Source: Nitratidesulfovibrio vulgaris str. Hildenborough (GTDB taxonomy: Bacteria; Desulfobacterota; Desulfovibrionia; Desulfovibrionales; Desulfovibrionaceae). From it: DNA of 32,000 bases. The stretch covers positions 1,560,001-1,592,000 of the forward strand of contig NC_002937.3 in NCBI RefSeq assembly GCF_000195755.1, in the 5' to 3' direction. The position numbers were made by a program, and so were the translations under genes. The notes below the pieces were generated by a model. The model did no database searches. It was given only the letters and a program-made list of their open reading frames with translations, and was not told the origin of the DNA. The first letter of the stretch is position 1. Every line of letters starts with the position of its first letter. Positions 23,104 to 29,164 of this stretch are shown here, piece after piece.

Positions 23104-23334
23104 TCACCTAGAACACCTGCCCGGCAAAGTCAATTTGGACGCCGAATCGACTCCGCTAGCAGTCGAATTCCACCTTACCCATGCGCAATGGGGTTCCCTG
23201 CGCGTGCCGGTGGCGCCACAGCCGGGGCAAACGTAGTCTGCATCTCGATCGTCCGGGCCGTAAACACGGGAAAACCTGAACCGAAGTTGAGTCCCGCAAT
23301 CCGGGCACAATGGAGCCCACGAAGGCCTCGCCAT
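23104..23334 (-). CDS. Small zinc-ribbon protein (CxxC...CxxC), hypothetical
   Basis: Contains ...LCPDCGTQL... and ...YVCPGCGATG. GGAGGA RBS. Last gene of the early-right operon. Confidence 0.55.
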   Translation of the reverse strand: MARPSWAPLCPDCGTQLRFRFSRVYGPDDRDADYVCPGCGATGTRREPHCAWVRWNSTASGVDSASKLTLPGRCSR

Positions 23335-23336
23335 TC

Positions 23337-23597
23337 TTAGCGTCCTCCTTCCATGAAGGCCGCCACGTCGAACCCTTCGTAGGTCTCAACCACTCGTATC
23401 GGAAATCCCTCATCGGGGAAGAAGGGCTGCACGAAGTAGTTGTGGAACCATGTGCAGGCTGTCAGCAGGTGATCGTCCCACCAACGTACGCCCAGCAGGG
23501 AAGGGCCGTGCTGCTCACCCTCGATGCCATACCAGCAGGTGGCGAAGTACACGCGGACTTTTGCCGTTGCCCATTCGGGATGGCTAGAACCGCTCAT
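23337..23597 (-). CDS. Phage hypothetical protein (86 aa, Trp-rich)
   Basis: ATG 23595-23597 (MSGSSHPEW...) overlaps the DUF1064 3' end by 14 nt. The track extension to 23780 is an alternate frame of DUF1064. Confidence 0.5.
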   Translation of the reverse strand: MSGSSHPEWATAKVRVYFATCWYGIEGEQHGPSLLGVRWWDDHLLTACTWFHNYFVQPFFPDEGFPIRVVETYEGFDVAAFMEGGR

Positions 23598-24078
23598 ATT
23601 CCCACGCTCCTCCTTTGCCTGCTTTGACAGCCACGAACGTGAACCACGGCTTCTGCTTGGCTGCGACCTTGATTTTGACTCGGGCATCGTCCTCCCAATG
23701 CCCTTTGACCTCGTGGAGTTCCACGCTTCCATCCGCGCAGATGACGAGGAAGTCCGGGGTGTAGAACGTCTTTTCCGCAAGTCTCAGTTTGACCCCTTCG
23801 TAGTCCCATCCCACGATGTGCCCGGCCAGCATCAGCCCCTCCAAGTGCTCGGCGTAGCGCGCTTCGGTCTTGTTCATGCCCTCGGTGCGGTAGCTGCGCC
23901 CAGAAGAGGGGAGCCGCCCCTTTGCGCGTGAGTGGCTTACTCGGGACTGTGTTCCGTGCCGTACGTGTTGAGGCTGTGGGCGCAACAGTGGGCGGGAGCC
24001 TTCTTGGGCCTGCTTGCGGCTCCATGCTTCAAGCCCTCCGGCCGCGCGGATCTCTGCCGAGGTGGCGGTGATGGTCAC
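23584..24078 (-). CDS. DUF1064-family protein (PD-(D/E)xK-like phage nuclease fold)
   Basis: ...NKTEARYAEHLEGL...YTPDFLVICADGSVELHEVKG...KIKVAA is the DUF1064 pattern. GTG 24076-24078 forms a GTGA overlap with the upstream stop, with AAGGAGAG upstream. Confidence 0.7.
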   Translation of the reverse strand: MTITATSAEIRAAGGLEAWSRKQAQEGSRPLLRPQPQHVRHGTQSRVSHSRAKGRLPSSGRSYRTEGMNKTEARYAEHLEGLMLAGHIVGWDYEGVKLRLAEKTFYTPDFLVICADGSVELHEVKGHWEDDARVKIKVAAKQKPWFTFVAVKAGKGGAWEYERF

Positions 24079-24482
24079 TGATCTCTCCTTTCCGTGCCGC
24101 GGTCGCGTTCGCGTTGCCTGTTGAGCCAAGCCCTTGCCTGTTCTCGGTTGAAGGCCATCTGCTCCTCGAACGGCAGGTGTGGTTCTGGCAATGCTAGCCG
24201 ACGGGACGCATCAAACTCCGCGATGGCTTTGCAGGCGGCGATGGCGTCAGCTATCGAGGGGAACCACCTCGATGTCCTGCGGTGGCGGCGTATGGCCCTC
24301 GTGATGACTTCCGGCGAGAAGTGGGCCAGATCCTCCAGCCATAGGGCAGCCATGCCCATGACTTGCTCCTCCGTTACCCCCGATCCGGGATAGGCCAGGG
24401 TACAATCCGCCAGTGCGTCCACGATCGCCTGTAGCCTCAGCCGCTGGGCGTCCTGTGGCCTTTCCGAGTATCTCGTCGACAT
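24075..24482 (-). CDS. G39P-like helicase loader/inhibitor domain protein
   Basis: LQAIVDALADCTLAYPG...EEQVMGMAALWLEDLAHFSPEVITRAIRRHRRTSRWFPSIADAIAACK fits the SPP1 G39P N-domain pattern (..YP....e....W...L.......v..A...h.....fPs.a.i). GGAGGGG RBS 6 nt upstream. Confidence 0.6.
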   Translation of the reverse strand: MSTRYSERPQDAQRLRLQAIVDALADCTLAYPGSGVTEEQVMGMAALWLEDLAHFSPEVITRAIRRHRRTSRWFPSIADAIAACKAIAEFDASRRLALPEPHLPFEEQMAFNREQARAWLNRQRERDRGTERRDQ

Positions 24483-25464
24483 TGAGTCCCCTCCGTGCTG
24501 CTACGTTGCGTGCGAGTAAGTCCCTTGTGCGCGATGCCTTCTGTGCTTGCGTGGCGACGCGTGGCCCGTCCCGCTGTGGGGGCGTCTGCACCTCGGGTTC
24601 GGCTTTCCACAACTGCCGGGCGATGAAGTTGCCGAGGGATGGCGCGAATCGTCGTGGGACGTCGCTGTCCCATTGGCCAGACGCCTCCCATCGGTCGATG
24701 GCAGCGTAGATCGCGCTTTGTCCGGGCCATGAGCGTGAGGCGAGTGCTGCGCGGTACTCTTTGAAGCCGTCCATGGGGCCACCGACGCGGCCATGGGCGT
24801 TGTAGTACGCTCGCAGCTCCTGCCATTCGAGCGAGGGCATGCTCTCCTCCGGGCCATCAGGCGGCGGCGGGGAGGCAGAGGTGTCGAGGGGGGCTTCGGG
24901 CGTTTCGGAACCGTCCTCGCGCGTGCGCGCGTAAGAGAGAGAATCTTCTCTTACGTAAGTAGGAGCAGGAGTACTACGATCCGTAGTACGGTCGTTGTAC
25001 GCCGTACCTTCGTCGTACGTACGGCGTACATACGGCGTACCTGAGGCGTACATTTGGTACTCGGACGCGGAAATTCCCTTGTATCCGTCGGCCTTTAGCG
25101 CAGCAGCTGTTTCCGGGGCCGTGCGAGCGAGTCGAGATAGCCGGGCTGCATCGCTTCGGTCGTCAGCCTGAGCGGCCCAAGAGTTGTGCTCCTGCCAGTC
25201 ATGGAGTTCCCATGTCCCTTCCTCGCCATCGAGGAATCGCCCGTGAAGCTCGGCTACCAAGGCTCCTTCGTCTCCGAGCCAGTCTGCGGCAAGCTCTACG
25301 TCGAGTGCATCCATGCCGCTGAGGTTGCCATCTGGCCTGTTCTGAGCCGCCCACATCCACAAGATCTGCAGCGAGCGGACGCCTTCCAGTCCGCAGCGCC
25401 GAGCCAATCGCTTGACCTTGGGGTGTGACCAAAACCCGACCGAAAGTCTGATGTCGGTGTTCAT
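24247..25464 (-). CDS. Phage replisome organizer (SPP1 G38P / DnaD-like N-terminal domain), origin-binding candidate
   Basis: The N-terminus IRLSVGFWSHPKVKRLARRCGLEGVRSLQILWMWAAQNRPDGNL matches the replisome-organizer N-domain pattern. ATGA-coupled to the MTase. The last ~78 codons overlap the next gene out of frame and look compositionally abnormal. Confidence 0.65.
   Translation of the reverse strand: MNTDIRLSVGFWSHPKVKRLARRCGLEGVRSLQILWMWAAQNRPDGNLSGMDALDVELAADWLGDEGALVAELHGRFLDGEEGTWELHDWQEHNSWAAQADDRSDAARLSRLARTAPETAAALKADGYKGISASEYQMYASGTPYVRRTYDEGTAYNDRTTDRSTPAPTYVREDSLSYARTREDGSETPEAPLDTSASPPPPDGPEESMPSLEWQELRAYYNAHGRVGGPMDGFKEYRAALASRSWPGQSAIYAAIDRWEASGQWDSDVPRRFAPSLGNFIARQLWKAEPEVQTPPQRDGPRVATQAQKASRTRDLLARNVAARRGLNVDEILGKATGRPAAEATGDRGRTGGLYPGLSRIGGNGGASHGHGCPMAGGSGPLLAGSHHEGHTPPPQDIEVVPLDS
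24971..25060. repeat. Iteron-like array I: ten GTAC cores with 11-bp phasing inside the replisome organizer gene
   Basis: GTAC starts at 24971, 24986, 24997, 25004, 25015, 25019, 25026, 25037, 25048 and 25057. Five consecutive 11-mers (GGCGTACNNNN-like) span 25001-55. The inverted repeat GTACTACG-atc-CGTAGTAC lies at 24971-24989. Confidence 0.75.
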
Positions 25465-26930
25465 GACGCGTCCCTTTCAGAGGGTGAGAGGGTATCCGTA
25501 GAATTCGTACCGAAAGCGTACATACGGTCGTAGTACGATCGTAGTACGGTCGTACTTACGTGCTGTGGGTTGTCTGCCATGGCTGACCCTCGCATACCGC
25601 GCTGGTGATTTCCGGAAGCTGTGCAAGCTGTGGACGCTTTCTGGTTTTTGATTTGCGTATTGAGGGTGGACTGGATGCGCTCACCAATCCAGCGCATCAC
25701 CGGCACGGCCATGCTGTTACCCAATGCCTTGTAGCGTGGCCCATCAGGACAGGCGGTGGCTGGTTTGTTTCGCCATGCTATGCGCGTGTAGTCGTCTGGG
25801 AACCCCTGCAAGCGCTCGCATTCGCGTGGGGTCAGGCGGCGCACGGACATGCCGTGTTGAAGGTGCTGGTCTGTACCCGTCGACAGGGTGAAGGCAGTAT
25901 CGTCGCTGCCGAGATAGCCCTTGCCCCCGCCTTTGCAGCCGCAACGCACCTTGAAGGCGTGGGCAGGGGCTGGAAAGCCAAAATACCCGTCAACAGTGCC
26001 GCCTCCTTCGCGACCGCGAATGGCAAGGGAACAGGGCACGAACAGGCCGGCACCTCCGAGGGCATGTTGGTCTTCACGCCCTTGCTTGGCTCCGAAAGCG
26101 GCGTTTAGCGTCGGCGCTATATCCACGGGCCACGGGATGAGATTCTCCGTCTCCGGATCCATCCGCTGGCCTTGTGAAGCCAAGAGAGGCTTTGCTGCTA
26201 TGTAGGTGTCCGCGTCAGCCCTGTGGCTTGAATTGGCCCGGGCGCGTAGGCATGCAGCTACGTCAGGGGTGGAGTGGCCTCTTGATGGTCCGTTTGAGTC
26301 TCCGCCTGCGCTGTCTGCGAAAGAGCCCGACGCAATTGCTCTGGTAATCTCTTTCCCCGCTTCTCTGCTCGGCGCAGGATTCCCCGACAGGCTGTGCCGC
26401 TCAAAAAGAACCGCTGCGGCACGTCGCCAGTCTCCAAGATGTCCGACAACGAACACGCGACGCCGTCGCTGGGGTACTCCAAAGTATTGAGCGTCAAGAA
26501 TGCGGTAGGCGAACCCATACCCGAGTTGCGCCAAGCCCCCGAGAAAGGCTCCAAAGACCCGTCCGCGGTCAATCGACAGGACTCCGGGGACGTTCTCCCA
26601 GACCACCCATCGGGGGCGTATGTCTGCAAGAAGGCGTAGGAATGCGAGGGTGAGGTTGCCACGAGGGTCATCCAGTCCTCTTCGGAGGCCTGCGACACTG
26701 AACGCCTGACAGGGAGTCCCGCCGACCACAAGGTCAACTGTTCCACGGTACTGCTCCATAACGATTGTGGTGAAGTCGCCAAGGTTCGGCACATTGGGGA
26801 AGTGATGCGCCAGAACGGCGCATGGAAATGGCTCGATTTCAGCGAACGCGACGGGGTGCCATCCAAGAGGGTGCCAAGCCACGGTTGCGGCCTCGATGCC
26901 CGAGCATATGGAGATGTAGCGCATGGTCAT
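25461..26930 (-). CDS. DNA (cytosine-5)-methyltransferase (orphan, no adjacent endonuclease)
   Basis: Motif I ISICSGIEAA, motif IV GGTPCQAFSVAG, motif VI WENVPG, motif VIII QRRRRVFVVG, motif X GNSMAVPV. Start taken at ATG 26928-26930 (MTMRYIS). Confidence 0.9.
   Translation of the reverse strand: MTMRYISICSGIEAATVAWHPLGWHPVAFAEIEPFPCAVLAHHFPNVPNLGDFTTIVMEQYRGTVDLVVGGTPCQAFSVAGLRRGLDDPRGNLTLAFLRLLADIRPRWVVWENVPGVLSIDRGRVFGAFLGGLAQLGYGFAYRILDAQYFGVPQRRRRVFVVGHLGDWRRAAAVLFERHSLSGNPAPSREAGKEITRAIASGSFADSAGGDSNGPSRGHSTPDVAACLRARANSSHRADADTYIAAKPLLASQGQRMDPETENLIPWPVDIAPTLNAAFGAKQGREDQHALGGAGLFVPCSLAIRGREGGGTVDGYFGFPAPAHAFKVRCGCKGGGKGYLGSDDTAFTLSTGTDQHLQHGMSVRRLTPRECERLQGFPDDYTRIAWRNKPATACPDGPRYKALGNSMAVPVMRWIGERIQSTLNTQIKNQKASTACTASGNHQRGMRGSAMADNPQHVSTTVLRSYYDRMYAFGTNSTDTLSPSERDAS
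25496..25558. repeat. Iteron-like array II (same family, same orientation) just upstream of the organizer start
   Basis: GTAC starts at 25507, 25518, 25533, 25544 and 25552. Tandem TCGTAGTACGN 11-mers are present. It shares exact GCGTACATACGG (25516-27 = 25024-35) and CGTAGTACGGTCGT (25540-53 = 24982-95) with array I. Confidence 0.75.
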
Positions 26931-27127
26931 CTTCTCTTTCCGAGCCATCGGCCATCGCGGCAGCGCTTTTCGCACCACGCCAGAGGGAGCCATTGCCAAG
27001 GCGGCGTGGTGATAGGGCAGGGGCGCAGGTGTGGATGCATGTTGAGCATGTGTCGTAAGGCCGGGATGCTGGATGCCCCGACAGAGTGCGGGGAGTTCGG
27101 ACGGCAGCGCTTAGGATCGTAGGGCAT
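26927..27127 (-). CDS. 66-aa ORF coupled at both ends (hypothetical; odd P/R/W/H-rich composition)
   Basis: TGATG overlap with the upstream gene at 27125-27129 and ATGA overlap with the MTase start at 26927-26930. Confidence 0.35.
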   Translation of the reverse strand: MPYDPKRCRPNSPHSVGASSIPALRHMLNMHPHLRPCPITTPPWQWLPLAWCEKRCRDGRWLGKRR

Positions 27128-27483
27128 CAGTTCCTCCGTGCCTGAATGCTTGCTCGTTTGTTCCAGAGCGCGGCGTAAAGAGCGTGAAGGCTCTTATGCC
27201 GGCTGATGCCCATGGTCACAGATCCGCCGTTCCGGTAGCGTTCGGGAGTGAGGCCGTTGAACACGCGGTCGCATTGATCGAGGGCTTGAAGGAGGGCTTT
27301 GCCGTTCGCTCGTGTGCAGTGGCGGTGGAATGCCAACGCGGCGCAGGCCAGAGCTTCAAGCACGTCGTGCTCGACGACTTCGACCGTGATCGTGCCTTCG
27401 CGGGAGTTGTCGGGCATTGGAGGGTCACCGGAGATGAACAGGGGTACGCCAGCCTTCAAGGCCCGTGCATCGGTCGAGTTCAT
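27127..27483 (-). CDS. Phage early hypothetical protein (118 aa)
   Basis: ATG 27481-27483 shares 1 nt with the CII-like stop. Protein-like composition. Confidence 0.6.
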   Translation of the reverse strand: MNSTDARALKAGVPLFISGDPPMPDNSREGTITVEVVEHDVLEALACAALAFHRHCTRANGKALLQALDQCDRVFNGLTPERYRNGGSVTMGISRHKSLHALYAALWNKRASIQARRN

Positions 27484-27896
27484 CACTGATCCCGCTCTCT
27501 GGCACGGACGAGCACGTCCTCCAGTTCTTTGATGGCTGCGCGAAGCTTGGGCATGAGGTCTGTATAGTGCGCCCCGGCCCGTGCTGCCCTAGTGAACTCC
27601 GTCACTGCCTCGTAGCCCTGCAAGCACTCGTCTTCCATGTTCAGCCCATCGGGAGCCCCGCCGAGGGGGCGCAGCCCGTAGCCCATGAACCCGGCAATGG
27701 CCTCAAGGGGGGCGACGGAATTGCATGCACGCATGAGCGGCACCAAAGACTCGACGCCGAGCTTTGCGCCTGAATCGTAGGGTGAGAGCTCGCGCGAGAG
27801 CGTGGACTTGTGCTTGCCGATCTCGGCAGAGATGGCCGTTAGGGTGCGGCCCGAGTTCTCCACCATGTCCATGAGGACATCTTCAAGTGCTCGCAT
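27483..27896 (-). CDS. Phage regulatory protein, CII/CP76-like HTH
   Basis: TLTAISAEIGKHKSTLSRELSPYDSGAKLGVESLVPLMRACNSVAPLEAIAGFMG resembles the 186 CII (CP76) family layout. AGGAGG RBS. Lies downstream of cro, as for cII. Confidence 0.5.
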   Translation of the reverse strand: MRALEDVLMDMVENSGRTLTAISAEIGKHKSTLSRELSPYDSGAKLGVESLVPLMRACNSVAPLEAIAGFMGYGLRPLGGAPDGLNMEDECLQGYEAVTEFTRAARAGAHYTDLMPKLRAAIKELEDVLVRARERDQ

Positions 27897-28106
27897 GGTT
27901 AAACAGCCTCCTGAGGAGTTTCATTTTAGCTTCGTGCCGGACGGGGTAGGGTGTGAGCATGGAAACGCTACACGTTAACGTCGCCCGCCTTAGGCGTTTG
28001 ATAGGCCTCATAGCCGTTGCAAGGCTCACTAATGAGCAAAACGTGGCGAGGATGCGCGTACCCACTGCCGGACGCGATCTTCCCAACCAGACGCTCGGCG
28101 CAGTGG

Positions 28107-28370
28107 TTAAGATTGCTTTGAAGCATCATGTTGATGGCTGCGCGGCTTGCGCGGAGTGCTGGGGGAGGTTGGGGTGCCAGCAAAAAGGTCAGGGCGCAGC
28201 TGCTCAAAGCTGATTCCGAGAGATCGTGCATAGGCGGCGCACGAGCCCAAATCAGGGAAAGACTTCCCTCGACAATGGCGCCATACCGTTGGGGTTTTCA
28301 GGCCTGACATGCGGGCAAGCGCTGAATAACTCAGACCTTGCTCTTCTCTGATTCTGTCGATGATGTTCAT
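28107..28370 (-). CDS. Cro-like XRE-family HTH regulator
   Basis: MNIIDRIREEQGLSYSALARMSGLKTPTVWRHCRG is an HTH. The gene is divergent from the CI-like gene. The start at ATG 28368-28370 is chosen because upstream in-frame ATGs lie inside or upstream of the predicted promoter. Confidence 0.7.
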   Translation of the reverse strand: MNIIDRIREEQGLSYSALARMSGLKTPTVWRHCRGKSFPDLGSCAAYARSLGISFEQLRPDLFAGTPTSPSTPRKPRSHQHDASKQS

Positions 28371-28377
28371 ATTTAAA

Positions 28378-28406
28378 ATATTACATCGGTGAAACATGAC
28401 GGTCAA
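28378..28406 (-). promoter_or_regulatory. PR-like sigma70 promoter for the cro/early-right operon
   Basis: - strand TTGACC (28406-28401) - 17 nt - TAATAT (28383-28378). The cro-like ATG begins 7 nt after the -10 element. Confidence 0.65.
28381..28395. promoter_or_regulatory. Operator-like site OR-a (TTACATCGGTGAAAC)
   Basis: 13/15 identical to 30388-30402. Overlaps the -10 of the PR-like promoter. Confidence 0.55.
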
Positions 28407-28413
28407 CGCTTCG

Positions 28414-28428
28414 CGCATGTCGATGCAA
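28414..28428. promoter_or_regulatory. Operator-like site OR-b (inverted, partial: TTGCATCGA core)
   Basis: The reverse complement is TTGCATCGACATGCG. Its first 9 nt are identical to the PL-region site. It is separated from OR-a by exactly 18 nt, as in the PL region. Confidence 0.45.
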
Positions 28429-28453
28429 CGAGTTGGCTGCTACCAAGCGAACT

Positions 28454-29107
28454 ATGAAGGCAAACCTTATCAACAAAAGAGCTTGGGACTCCATCTTGGC
28501 CAAGGTCAAAGACCTTGTTGAGCAAGGCATGACCTATAGCGCCATTGGAAAGATGCTCGGGAAGTCACCCGCCACCGTTAACAGGTGGGTCACGACTGGT
28601 GTGGGCGGAGATTCCACGCCTTTTGTCAATATGCTTCAATATATGGAAGCATTAGGACTTAAGTGGGGCGACATCGTTGAAAACCTTGAGCCTGCAGCCT
28701 GTGGTTACGGCTATGTTCGTAAGGTGCAAGCTAAGCTCGGAGCTGGCTCAAGCCTCATCACAAATGGAGATCTGGAAGGGATGTACGCGTTCCGGCAAGA
28801 CTTCATCAATGAGATGGGAGGCAATCCTGAGTCGCTGGTCATGTTTGATGTAATCGGAGCTAGCATGGAGCCAACTATACCCGATGGCTCCACCGTCCTT
28901 GTCAACCTGCGCGACACTTCAATCCGATCAGGGCTGATATACGCAGTGCGCGTTAACGACGAATTGCTGGTGAAGCGACTGATTCAAGAGCCTGGGCGCC
29001 TGCTATGTCACAGCGACAACCCAACGTTCGGCGATACTGTGATTGATGGAGAGAACCCGAACTTTGAGGTCTTCGGCAGGGTACGATGGCTTGCGAAACG
29101 AATGTAG
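28454..29107 (+). CDS. CI-like repressor: N-terminal HTH plus C-terminal S24 (LexA-type) autopeptidase domain
   Basis: HTH MTYSAIGKMLGKSPATVNRWV. S24 motifs VIGASMEPTIPDGSTVLV (Ser) and LVKRL (Lys). Candidate cleavage site LGAGS. ATG at 28454 (no SD, possibly leaderless or short leader), with an alternative TTG at 28433. Confidence 0.85.
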   Translation: MKANLINKRAWDSILAKVKDLVEQGMTYSAIGKMLGKSPATVNRWVTTGVGGDSTPFVNMLQYMEALGLKWGDIVENLEPAACGYGYVRKVQAKLGAGSSLITNGDLEGMYAFRQDFINEMGGNPESLVMFDVIGASMEPTIPDGSTVLVNLRDTSIRSGLIYAVRVNDELLVKRLIQEPGRLLCHSDNPTFGDTVIDGENPNFEVFGRVRWLAKRM

Positions 29108-29164
29108 CGGCACGTAAAGATGAGCTAAAGCCCAACTCGGGCAACACGCTAGTGAGGAAAAGGC

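Noticed and set aside
24971-25558. Possibility that the short GTAC repeats are a CRISPR array or a minisatellite
   Set aside because: The repeat unit is about 11 bp with no unique spacers, and the arrays lie inside ORFs next to a replisome organizer. An iteron/origin interpretation fits better.
26931-26999. N-terminal extension of the methyltransferase ORF to 26999
   Set aside because: The track start is a TTG, and the extension overlaps the doubly coupled 66-aa ORF. C5-MTases normally begin just before motif I, which favours ATG 26930.
27897-28106. 210-bp gap between the Cro-like and CII-like genes containing the 67-aa ORF 27883-28086 and a long imperfect inverted repeat (CCACTGCCGG...CGGCGCAGTGG, about 28061-28106); considered as a tR1-like terminator or nut site
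   Set aside because: The hairpin has a loop of about 26 nt, a bulge and no U tract. The ORF has no RBS and overlaps the CII-like start. The evidence is insufficient for either call, though a regulatory role cannot be excluded.
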